A stretch of DNA of 64,000 bases, from assembly GCA_017419165.1 (NCBI GenBank), contig JAFOLW010000062.1, positions 40,922-104,921 of the forward strand. Reading direction: 5' to 3'. The stretch comes from Erysipelotrichaceae bacterium (GTDB taxonomy: Bacteria; Bacillota_I; Bacilli_A; Erysipelotrichales; Erysipelotrichaceae). Shown here piece by piece: positions 55,788 to 64,000 of the stretch. Each line of letters opens with the position of its first letter. Position 1 is the stretch's first letter. A model generated the notes under the pieces. That model saw only the letters and a program-made list of their open reading frames with translations. It was not told the DNA's origin and ran no database searches. The position numbers were made by a program, and so were the translations under genes.

Positions 55788-57038
55788 TCAATGTCTGTTT
55801 TTCCGATACCGCAGAGGGGTCGTACCGGTATATTTTTTGAATACGTTCTGAAAGTGGGACTGCGAACTGAAAGAAAGATGGTCGGCGATCTCGACGATGG
55901 CGTAGTCGGTATCGGTCAGTAAGGATCCGGCAATGGCGATCTTCTGTCTGTTGATATAGTCGGAGATCTTCATCTTCATGTTCCGGTTGAAGACTCTGGA
56001 CAGATGGCTGTCGGAGACGCCGAGCTCTCCGGCGATCTGCGAGGCGGACAAAGGGGCTTCGATGTGATCGTGGATGTAAAGGATCGCTTTTTTAAGAAGC
56101 AGGTTATCGCTGTTTGCGCCGACCTTGACGTTTCTCACCGCTTCGCTGAAACGGATGAGGGCTCTCCGGTAGAGGGCCTGGATCTGTTGAGAGATGATGC
56201 AGGTTTCCGCTTTGTCGATCAGATCGGAAGAGAGGCGGTAGGCCTGTTTTTCGCTGACGCCGTAAGGGCGGATGAGGTCAGCGAGCGAAGTGATGAAACG
56301 GATGAAGATGTTTTTTTCAAAGCGCAAGCGGTCATACCCGGAGGACAGACGCGAGACCGCCGAGAAATAATCCGGTGAAGAAAGATCCCAGAATTCCAGT
56401 GTCTTATCGGTACTGCCGTTGCAGATCAGGATCCTGATCTGCGCAAACAGATCCGTCGAGATCCTGCGGAAGCGGTCTTCATCATCTTCAAAAGAGTCGA
56501 TCGACTTGCGCTTCAGATCGAGACGGTTCTTGGTGATGGATGTCTGAATGAAATCTTCTTCCGGCAGGACCTGCTGGTTGATGCAGTTGTTGGCAAAAGA
56601 AAGCAGCCACAGAAAACGTTCCGGGGTGAAACGGGGCAAAGACAGGATATAGGTGTAGATCCGATCGTAGTAGCGCTCCGGGTCATTGCGGAAGGGGGAA
56701 TTGGATCTCGTCAGCATCGTATGCATCATCTGTTCGCTGGGGTCGGCAAGCAGGCAGGGCCCCAGATACAAGGCATAGCGGGAATGGATGTCCGCTACGG
56801 AAGCGAAGGCGATCTTATCGTCGGAGATGTAGTAGGAGACCGGATGTTTCTCGTCGATCCGGGCTGCGTTCATATAGCGTTCCGTGATCCGGGGATCGTT
56901 CATGAATTCTTCGGTAAAGGAGCCGTCCGAAAAGAAGCTCGCTTCGATCTTGCCGTCTTCTTTGCGGTAGATCATCAGCGGAATGAGGAACAGTTCATGG
57001 ATGGAACGGCAGTATTCTTTCAAAGCTTCGATGTTCAT
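55788..57038 (-). CDS. AraC-family transcriptional regulator with a large N-terminal sensor region
   Basis: C-terminal AraC HTH (IAGELGVSDSHLSRVFN..., FSSQSHFQNVFKKYTGTTPLRYR). Confidence 0.85.
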   Translation of the reverse strand: MNIEALKEYCRSIHELFLIPLMIYRKEDGKIEASFFSDGSFTEEFMNDPRITERYMNAARIDEKHPVSYYISDDKIAFASVADIHSRYALYLGPCLLADPSEQMMHTMLTRSNSPFRNDPERYYDRIYTYILSLPRFTPERFLWLLSFANNCINQQVLPEEDFIQTSITKNRLDLKRKSIDSFEDDEDRFRRISTDLFAQIRILICNGSTDKTLEFWDLSSPDYFSAVSRLSSGYDRLRFEKNIFIRFITSLADLIRPYGVSEKQAYRLSSDLIDKAETCIISQQIQALYRRALIRFSEAVRNVKVGANSDNLLLKKAILYIHDHIEAPLSASQIAGELGVSDSHLSRVFNRNMKMKISDYINRQKIAIAGSLLTDTDYAIVEIADHLSFSSQSHFQNVFKKYTGTTPLRYRKNRH

Positions 57039-57085
57039 ATCAAAATATTATAAAAAATATCAAACCTATGCAATAAAGAGGAAAA

Positions 57086-57099
57086 AGAAAACGCTATCA
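57086..57099. promoter_or_regulatory. cre-like element (13/14 match)
   Basis: AGAAAACGCTATCA compared with TGWAANCGNTNWCA. It abuts a TAAAAT -10 (57100-57105) upstream of the GPH gene. Confidence 0.4.
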
Positions 57100-57128
57100 T
57101 AAAATTGAAGTAAAAGAGGATTAACAAT

Positions 57129-58619
57129 ATGGCAAAAGACAAAATGAAAAAGAAACACGAATATCCCGATAATTTCAAGGGCTACTTCGGCTATGCGGGG
57201 ATGTATACGATGGCGACCGTCGCTACGGCACTGGTCTCCTCCTATCTTTCCGTCTTCCTGACGGACTATTCCGGCATCGATTCCAGCTGGTCGACGATGA
57301 TCGCGACTCTGATCCTGCTGATCGGCCGTATCGTCGACGCCGTCGATGACCCGATCCAGGGCTGGATCATGGATTCCGCCAAGGTCACGGCCAAAGGCAA
57401 ATACAAAAAGTTCCAGCTTTTGTCCATCGTTTTGATGGGGATCTCCCTGGTCGGCATGTATTTCCTGCCGGGTTTCGTCAAATCCAACCGCATCTTAGTC
57501 ACGGTCTGGATGTTGTTCTTCTACCTGATCTATGACTTCGGTTATTCCTTCGACGCATCCGTTCCGCTCCAGCAGGCGATGACTTTGGATGAGAACGTCC
57601 GTTCCACCCAGCATTTCTGGGTCAGGATCGCCAGCATCGTCATCGGTATGGCGATGTCTTCCTTCTTAAGCACCTATGCGAAGTTCAAGGATATGACGGG
57701 TTCCGTTTCCACGGGCTTCGGTCTGACGACGACGGTCTATGTCGCGATCGCTCTGCTGATCTCATTGCTGGGTCTTTCCTTTATCAAGGAGTCCCATCAG
57801 GTCGTTGAAGAAAATGAAGAGAAGGAAGAAAGGATCACTTTCGGACAGATCGTCAGGATCTTCACGGAAAACAAGGCGATGCAGAACGTCTTCCTGACAC
57901 TGCTGGTCTACGGACTGATCTATCCGTTCATGTTTGCGGCCAACGTCTACTATGTCAAATGGACGTACTTCTCCAGCAACGGCGTCGTCGATGACGCAGC
58001 GTTCGGCGGATTCAATATGATCATGACGATCGCCGTCATGATGGCGATGTTCATCTCGATCTTCCTGACCAGACCCGCCATCAAGAAGATGGGTTCCGTC
58101 AAGCTGATGATCTATACTTCCTATGCCAAGGCAGTCTTAGGTGTCGTACTGGTGATCTTGCATCTCGTCGGCATCTTACAGAAGAACGTCTATCTGTTTG
58201 TCGGCATCTTCTGTCTGATGTACTTCTTCCAGGGCTTCTCAACGATCCCGATGGGCATCGTCAAGACCGAGTCGATCGACTACAATGAGTGGACGACCGG
58301 CAAGAAGAACGGCGCGATCGTCGTTGCCGGCTACAAGTTCCTGGAAAAGGCGCAGGCAGCGCTGACTTCCACGGCGACGCTGGGCATGCTGGCGGCATTC
58401 CACTACGGCGTCGATCCGGTCTCCGGTAACCTGACTGCCGATGCGATGGCCAACTTCTCGCTCATGCAGACCGGCCTGATCATCGTTCTGGCTCTGGTCC
58501 CGGCACTCATGTCCGTGCTCACGGCTCTGATCATGAAGAACTACCCGATCCAGGGTGAGGTCCGCGAGAAGATGTATGCGGAGCTCAACGAAAAGAGAAA
58601 GAGCGAACAGCTTTCCTGA
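57129..58619 (+). CDS. GPH-family glycoside:cation symporter (3 of 3)
   Basis: RIVDAVDDPIQGWIMDSAKVTAKGKYKKF signature and a 12-TM profile. Confidence 0.85.
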   Translation: MAKDKMKKKHEYPDNFKGYFGYAGMYTMATVATALVSSYLSVFLTDYSGIDSSWSTMIATLILLIGRIVDAVDDPIQGWIMDSAKVTAKGKYKKFQLLSIVLMGISLVGMYFLPGFVKSNRILVTVWMLFFYLIYDFGYSFDASVPLQQAMTLDENVRSTQHFWVRIASIVIGMAMSSFLSTYAKFKDMTGSVSTGFGLTTTVYVAIALLISLLGLSFIKESHQVVEENEEKEERITFGQIVRIFTENKAMQNVFLTLLVYGLIYPFMFAANVYYVKWTYFSSNGVVDDAAFGGFNMIMTIAVMMAMFISIFLTRPAIKKMGSVKLMIYTSYAKAVLGVVLVILHLVGILQKNVYLFVGIFCLMYFFQGFSTIPMGIVKTESIDYNEWTTGKKNGAIVVAGYKFLEKAQAALTSTATLGMLAAFHYGVDPVSGNLTADAMANFSLMQTGLIIVLALVPALMSVLTALIMKNYPIQGEVREKMYAELNEKRKSEQLS

Positions 58620-58646
58620 TCTTAAGTCAAACAAAGAAATATTCAT

Positions 58647-58678
58647 ACCGGTCACTTCTTTGGTGATCGGTTCTTTTT
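58647..58678 (+). terminator. Intrinsic terminator
   Basis: 9-bp stem accggtcac/gtgatcggt (one G-U pair), then TCTTTTT. Confidence 0.6.
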
Positions 58679-58689
58679 AAGGAGTTCAT

Positions 58690-60858
58690 ATGAGGATCAT
58701 TCGAAACATCAACGATCAATGGTTATTTGAAGAAAAGGGAGAAACGTCTTATGTCGATCTCCCGCACACATGGAATGCGATCGACGGTCAGGACGGCGGC
58801 AACGATTATTACCGCGGTACCTGCACCTATACAAGGGAACTGAGCAAAGAAGAATGCGAAGGTCAGGCTTTGTTCCTGGAAGTCAAGGCGGCGGCGATGT
58901 CCGCAGAGGTCTTCCTCAACGACGAGAAGATCGGCGGACACAAAGGCGGCTATTCCGCCTTCCGCGTGGAACTGACAGACAAGCTTTCCGAGAGGAACAT
59001 CCTGAAGATCCGCGTCGACAACGGGGAGAACGACAGCGTCTACCCGCAGAAGGCCGATTTCACCTTTTACGGCGGTCTTTACCGCGGCGTCGAACTGATC
59101 AGCGTTCCGGCGCAGCACTTCGAACTGCTCAAAGACGACACGCCGGGCATCAAGGTCACGCCGAGCGTCGATCTGAAAAACAAGAGCGCAAAGGTCAGCG
59201 TTGAGACCTGGCAGAACGGCGGGGAAGTATCGATCATTGTCAACGGGCAGACCAAGACCGTGCCTTCCGTCGACGGCCATGCGAAAGCGGATTTCCTCAT
59301 TGAAAATGTCCGCTTATGGGACGGTAAAAACGATCCCTATCTTTATACGGCACAGGCGAGACTGAGCAGCGGCGATGAGATCTCGACGCGATTCGGCTGC
59401 CGGGAATATCACATCGATCCGAATGAAGGCTTCTTCCTCAACGGCCGCTCCTATCCGCTGCGCGGTGTCAGCCGCCACCAGGACCTCAAAGGCAAGGGCA
59501 ACGCAGTGGGCATAGAAGATATGAAGGCCGATATGGCGATCATCAAAGAGCTCGGTGCCAACACTCTGCGTCTGGCCCATTATCAACATGCGCAGGACTT
59601 CTATGACCTGTGCGATGAGAACGGCCTTGTCGTATGGGCGGAGATCCCTTACATCACCATGCATATGAAAAACGGCAGGGAAAACACGCTCAGCCAGATG
59701 AGAGAGCTCATCGTTCAAAGCTACAACCATCCTTGTATCGCTGTCTGGGGTTTGTCCAATGAGATCACGGCTGCCTCTCCGGCAAATGAAGATCTTCTGG
59801 AAAATCACCGTCAGCTCAACGAACTCTGCCACAGGCTCGATCCGACCCGTCTGACGACGATGGCCAATGTCTTCATGCTGGAGACGGACAGTCCGATCCT
59901 CGAGATCCCCGACATCAACAGCTACAATCTCTACTTCGGCTGGTATCTGGGCGATCTGAAACAGAACGACGGATTCTTTGACGACTACCATCGGACCTAT
60001 CCGGAGCGGGTCATCGGTTTTTCGGAATACGGTGCCGATGCCAACCCGTCGCTTCATTCGGTCCATCCGGAAAAGGGCGACTACAGCGAAGAATATCAGG
60101 CGATCTATCACGAGCACATGCTGAAGATGATCGAGGAGCGTCCTTATCTTTGGGCGACCCACGTCTGGAACCTCTTCGACTTTGCGGCGGACGGACGCGA
60201 TGAAGGCGGCAAGCACGGCGAGAACCAGAAGGGTCTGGTGAGCTTTGACCGTAAGATCAAGAAAGACGCCTTCTACCTCTATAAGGCAGCCTGGAACAGG
60301 GAAGAGCCGTTCGTACATTTATGTTCAAGGCGTTATGAAAAGCGTCATGAAGACGTGACGAAGATCAAGGTCTATTCCAATCAGGACAGCGTCGCACTCT
60401 ATGTCGATGATGAATTCATCGAAGAAAAGAAGGGTGACAAGATCTTCGTCTTTGAATACAGACTGAGCGGAAAACATAGCGTCAAGGCGGTCAGCGGAGA
60501 CGTTCGGGATACGATGACCCTGGAAAAGGTCCAGGCACCGGTCGCTTCCTACTTCCTCAACAACGAAGTGAAGGAAGTCAGAAACTGGTTCGATGAAGAA
60601 GACACCGATCCGTCCTGTTTCTCGATCAAAGACACGCTCGGCGAGATCACAAGGCATCCGCAGGCGGGAGCGATCGTGAAGCAGATGATGGATAAGGCGT
60701 CTTCCGAACGCGGCGATGTCGCAAATGCCGTCAAAGACAATCCGGCTTTACAGAAAATGATGGCCTCGATGACGATGGAGAGCTTACTGAAACAGGGCGG
60801 TGCGGACGAACAAAGCATGAAGCAGCTCAACCGCATCCTGCAGGGGATCAGAAAATGA
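58690..60858 (+). CDS. GH2-family glycosidase (beta-galactosidase/beta-glucuronidase-like, short form)
   Basis: NTLRLAHYQHAQDFYDLCDENGLVVWAEIP acid/base region and the GFSEYGADA nucleophile region. AAGGAG SD. No signal peptide. Confidence 0.85.
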   Translation: MRIIRNINDQWLFEEKGETSYVDLPHTWNAIDGQDGGNDYYRGTCTYTRELSKEECEGQALFLEVKAAAMSAEVFLNDEKIGGHKGGYSAFRVELTDKLSERNILKIRVDNGENDSVYPQKADFTFYGGLYRGVELISVPAQHFELLKDDTPGIKVTPSVDLKNKSAKVSVETWQNGGEVSIIVNGQTKTVPSVDGHAKADFLIENVRLWDGKNDPYLYTAQARLSSGDEISTRFGCREYHIDPNEGFFLNGRSYPLRGVSRHQDLKGKGNAVGIEDMKADMAIIKELGANTLRLAHYQHAQDFYDLCDENGLVVWAEIPYITMHMKNGRENTLSQMRELIVQSYNHPCIAVWGLSNEITAASPANEDLLENHRQLNELCHRLDPTRLTTMANVFMLETDSPILEIPDINSYNLYFGWYLGDLKQNDGFFDDYHRTYPERVIGFSEYGADANPSLHSVHPEKGDYSEEYQAIYHEHMLKMIEERPYLWATHVWNLFDFAADGRDEGGKHGENQKGLVSFDRKIKKDAFYLYKAAWNREEPFVHLCSRRYEKRHEDVTKIKVYSNQDSVALYVDDEFIEEKKGDKIFVFEYRLSGKHSVKAVSGDVRDTMTLEKVQAPVASYFLNNEVKEVRNWFDEEDTDPSCFSIKDTLGEITRHPQAGAIVKQMMDKASSERGDVANAVKDNPALQKMMASMTMESLLKQGGADEQSMKQLNRILQGIRK

Positions 60859-61706
60859 AGACCGGTGTCCAGCAGATCATGCTGGGAAAGGTATGCAGGG
60901 ATGAGATGAGCGCAAAGGCTGCCCTTGAACGGATCAAGGCTGCCGGCTACGACGGGATCGAGCTCAACCGCTTCATGATCCATCCTTCCTCCATGATGGT
61001 GAGGATGCTGACGGCGGCGGCTGGGATGCCGGCGGGAAACGCAGGCAGGCTCGACTGGGCCAAACTGGTGAGCGGATCCGGTCTTGAAGTGATCAGCTTA
61101 CATACGGATCTTGTTTCTTTGGAAAAAGATCTTCATTCTCACATCGAAGAGGCTCACACATTACAGACGAGCGATATCGTGATCACCGGCATGTACCGTT
61201 TCGATTATACGGACGAAGAAAAGCTCACAGATCTTACGAAGCGTCTGAATGCGGCCGGAAGAAAGCTGAAGGAAAACGGTGTCCGCCTCTTGTATCACAA
61301 TCACAACATCGAACTGTGCAAAACAAAAAGCGGAAAACGTGCCTATGATCTTCTGATGGAAGAGAGCGATCCGGACTTCGTGAACTTCGAATTCGATTCC
61401 TACTGGTTCACCGAGGGCGGAGCGGATGCGGCAGCCTGGATGGAAAAGCTGGGAAAGCGCATGAAGAAGTGGCACATCACCGACCGCGGTCCGGCCGATG
61501 ATAAAATGTCTTTGACGCCGATCGTGAAGTGCGACAGCCGGGAACTCGGTCAGGGATGCATGGATCTCAAGCGTCTTTATGCGATCGCAGAAAAGAATGA
61601 AACGGAAGCGGTCGTCTTGGAAAGCCACAGAAACTGGATCGATAAGGATCCTTTGAAAAGTATGGAGCTCAGCGCGAAATGGCTGGCGGAAAGAAGGACA
61701 AAATGA
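60855..61706 (+). CDS. Sugar phosphate isomerase/epimerase (xylose-isomerase-like TIM barrel)
   Basis: AAGYDGIELN..., LLYHNHNIEL and FEFDSYW pattern. ATGA overlaps on both sides. Confidence 0.75.
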   Translation: MKTGVQQIMLGKVCRDEMSAKAALERIKAAGYDGIELNRFMIHPSSMMVRMLTAAAGMPAGNAGRLDWAKLVSGSGLEVISLHTDLVSLEKDLHSHIEEAHTLQTSDIVITGMYRFDYTDEEKLTDLTKRLNAAGRKLKENGVRLLYHNHNIELCKTKSGKRAYDLLMEESDPDFVNFEFDSYWFTEGGADAAAWMEKLGKRMKKWHITDRGPADDKMSLTPIVKCDSRELGQGCMDLKRLYAIAEKNETEAVVLESHRNWIDKDPLKSMELSAKWLAERRTK

Positions 61707-62740
61707 ATCATTCGATAAGACCCGGAGAAGTATGGACCGATACGGAAGGCAAGCGCATCGAGGCGCACGGCGGTTATATCTGCCAGATCGGTGACACCTG
61801 GTACTGGTACGGCGAAAACAAGGAAAAGACTTTCGGCAAGTCCAAGATGTGGACCTACGGGATCCGTTATTATTCATCGAAGGACCTTTATAACTGGAAG
61901 GACGAAGGTTTTCTGATCGAACCGTCTTCCGACAAGAAGGATCCGATGTTCTATGAGCGGCGCATCGACCGTCCGCATATCGTCTTCAGCAGGAAGACAG
62001 GCAAGTATGTCTGCTGGATCAAATACAATGACAACGCCAGTTTTGCGTTATATACCGCCGATGCGTTTACGGGTCCTTATGAATTGCTGAAGAAGGATTA
62101 TCAGGTTTTAGGAAAGAAGTGCGGCGATTTCGACTTCATCGAAGATGAGAACGGGGACACTTATCTTTTTGTGGAGACCGATCATCTCGACCTGCTTTCG
62201 ATCAAGCTGAACGAAGAGCGCACCGATGTGACAGGCCAGCCCGTCTATCATTACAAAGGCATCCGTCCGCCGTTCACCAGAGAAGGTGTGGCTTGTTTCA
62301 AAAAGGACGGAAAGTATTATCTTCTGACTTCCGGTATGATGGGCTACGTGCCCAATCCGAGCGAGATCGCCGTTGCCGATGCGGTGCAGGGCCCTTATAC
62401 GGTCCTGAACGATTCGCATGTCGATGAACCGGGAGTTTCATCCTACAACTCGCAGGTCTCCTGCATCTTCGAAAAAGACGGCAGATTCTATGCCCTGGCC
62501 GACCGCTGGGTACCGGATTTCCATGTCGACACAAAGGTCAATGATGTCCTTACCAGAGCCATTGCCTCCAACTATAATAAGAGCTATAAGGCAACGATAA
62601 GAGAAAAGATATGGATGATGCGCTCTCCTTTGATGGGCAAGGCCGATACGTCGAAGGCGAATTACGTCCTGCTGCCGATCGAGTTCGAAGAAGGTAAGCC
62701 GGTCATCCATTGGAAGAAGGAGTGGAGCTTTGATGAGTAA
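61703..62740 (+). CDS. GH43-like five-bladed propeller glycosidase (exo-beta-1,3-galactanase-like subfamily?)
   Basis: WTDTEGKRIEAHGGYI...GDTWYWYGENKE...YSSKDLYNW pattern. ATG 61703 overlaps the previous stop codon. Confidence 0.65.
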   Translation: MNHSIRPGEVWTDTEGKRIEAHGGYICQIGDTWYWYGENKEKTFGKSKMWTYGIRYYSSKDLYNWKDEGFLIEPSSDKKDPMFYERRIDRPHIVFSRKTGKYVCWIKYNDNASFALYTADAFTGPYELLKKDYQVLGKKCGDFDFIEDENGDTYLFVETDHLDLLSIKLNEERTDVTGQPVYHYKGIRPPFTREGVACFKKDGKYYLLTSGMMGYVPNPSEIAVADAVQGPYTVLNDSHVDEPGVSSYNSQVSCIFEKDGRFYALADRWVPDFHVDTKVNDVLTRAIASNYNKSYKATIREKIWMMRSPLMGKADTSKANYVLLPIEFEEGKPVIHWKKEWSFDE

Positions 62741-64000
62741 GGAATACTGCAACCCGATCGATCTGGAATACAAGTTCCAGCATTACGCCGGAAACGGACA
62801 CCGCGAGGCGGCCGATCCGACGATGGTCCTGTTCAAAGGGACTTACTATCTGTTTACTTCGATGACCGCCGGTTTCCACTATTCCGACGACATGGTCCAC
62901 TGGAAGTGGCATGAGAACCGGGATCTGGATATGTACCGCTATGCACCGGATGTGCGGCAGGTAGGTGATCATCTCTATTTCTGCGCGTCGACGAGAAACA
63001 AACCGTCGACGATCTGGCGCACGAAGGATCCGCTTTCCGATGAATTTGAAAAAGTATCCGAACCGTTCCCATTCTGGGATCCGGATCTTTTTGAAGACGA
63101 AGACGGCAGAGTCTACTTCTACTGGGGCTGCGGAAACGTGGAACCGATCTGGGGCATCGAGCTCGACCGCGAGACGATGATGCCGATCGGTGAGAAGGTC
63201 GCCGTCATCGACCATGGGGAAGATGTCCACGGCTGGGAGCGTTTCAATTACCCGGGCAAAGAATTGACAGGCAAATCCAACAGAAAAGGTCTTGCCGGTC
63301 TGGTCATGAAGTGGCTCAACCGCAAAGGCCGTCCGTATATGGAAGGCGCCTTTATGAACAAGTGGAACGGCAGATACTATCTGCAGTATGCCGCACCGGG
63401 CACGGAAATGCCGGTCTACGGCGACGGGTACTATGTCTCCGACAAGCCTTTGGGCCCGTTCTCATTCAGGACCAATACGCCGTTCTCATTCAAGCCGTCC
63501 GGTTTCATCACCGGTGCGGGACACGGCTCTTCGATCGATGACAGGGACGGCAACATCATCCACGTTTCGACGATGCGCATCTCAAAGAATCAGAACTTCG
63601 AACGAAGGATCGGTATCTTCCCGGCAGGTCTGGATGAAGACGGTCTGTTATACTGCAACCAGAATTTTGCGGATTATCCGATCGTCCTTCCGGACGGAAA
63701 ATATGATGCCAAAGACCTGAAGCCGGAATACTTCCTTCTTTCCTATAAGAAAAAAGCGGAAGCTTCTTCTTTCAAGGAAGGGCATCCGGTCGAACTGGCT
63801 CTGGATGAAGACATCCGCACCTGGTGGGCAGCCAAGGAAACGAAGGCCTGGTATCTTCTGGACCTGGGCGATACCTACAGGCCGCACAGCGTTCAGATCA
63901 ACTTCGCGGAAGAAGGAGTCAAGGAGCTGAAAGTCGACAAGGCTTTGCGTTCGGACATCATGACCAATACCCGTTACATCGACAGTTCGAAGGAACTAAA
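62733..64000 (+). CDS. GH43-family glycosidase with downstream F5/8-type-C (CBM32-like) region, 3' end outside window
   Basis: Hand-translated; absent from the ORF track because it has no stop in the window. MSKEYCNPIDLEYKF..EAADPTMVLFKGTYYLFTS...YAPDV...EGAFMNKWNGRYYLQYAAPG...GAGHGS, then AWYLLDLGDTYRPHSVQINF. The ATG overlaps the previous stop codon. Confidence 0.75.
   Translation, partial: MSKEYCNPIDLEYKFQHYAGNGHREAADPTMVLFKGTYYLFTSMTAGFHYSDDMVHWKWHENRDLDMYRYAPDVRQVGDHLYFCASTRNKPSTIWRTKDPLSDEFEKVSEPFPFWDPDLFEDEDGRVYFYWGCGNVEPIWGIELDRETMMPIGEKVAVIDHGEDVHGWERFNYPGKELTGKSNRKGLAGLVMKWLNRKGRPYMEGAFMNKWNGRYYLQYAAPGTEMPVYGDGYYVSDKPLGPFSFRTNTPFSFKPSGFITGAGHGSSIDDRDGNIIHVSTMRISKNQNFERRIGIFPAGLDEDGLLYCNQNFADYPIVLPDGKYDAKDLKPEYFLLSYKKKAEASSFKEGHPVELALDEDIRTWWAAKETKAWYLLDLGDTYRPHSVQINFAEEGVKELKVDKALRSDIMTNTRYIDSSKEL

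Noticed and set aside
59314-60318. 334-aa minus-strand ORF opposite the GH2 gene
   Set aside because: Shadow ORF with no SD or motifs.
1-64000. Search for CRISPR repeats, tRNA/rRNA genes, IS/transposase/integrase genes, prophage or known defence modules, toxin-antitoxin pairs and reverse transcriptases
   Set aside because: Reading both strands, I found no repeat-spacer arrays, cloverleaf-like intergenic sequences or matching protein motifs. The intergenic regions are explained by promoters, terminators and leaders.

Overview
This 64 kb window looks like a chromosomal segment of a Bacillota (Firmicutes)-type genome. Supporting signs are a T-box leader, cre boxes, GGAGG-type Shine-Dalgarno sites, Cys-lipobox signal peptides and hairpin/T-run terminators. 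C/G-ending codons are strongly preferred, so almost every gene carries a long stop-free antisense shadow ORF. I saw no rRNA, tRNA, CRISPR array, transposase, integrase, phage or recognisable defence genes.

Left half (1-35.5 kb): housekeeping genes are interleaved with envelope, lipid and signalling genes.
- Housekeeping: T-box-controlled class II lysS carrying an extra C-terminal tRNA-binding domain, efp, a pyrG / type III glutamine synthetase / guaA block, and ansA.
- Envelope and lipid: two paralogous secreted class-3-lipase-like proteins, each fused to a polytopic YhhN-like membrane domain; a PAP2 phosphatase; two lipoproteins; and a ~1210-aa membrane-anchored surface protein.
- Signalling: an operon ending in three translationally coupled genes, an MBL-fold hydrolase, a GAF/HD-GYP protein and a CHASE2 class III cyclase.

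Right half (35.6-64 kb): an AraC/xylB/xylA unit, then a ~24 kb glycoside-utilisation locus. The locus has three GPH symporters, GH3, two GH2, GH78, two GH43, an unassigned 863-aa hydrolase-like protein, a Gfo/Idh/MocA oxidoreductase, a xylose-isomerase-like TIM-barrel protein, and TetR and AraC regulators. All of its enzymes lack signal peptides.

The most system-like novelties are the cyclic-nucleotide operon (11.9-15.9 kb) and the duplicated lipase/YhhN-like fusion proteins. An orphan promoter-hairpin-terminator unit (candidate sRNA) sits just upstream of the lysS T-box. All family calls come from motif reading by eye and need HMM or BLAST confirmation.
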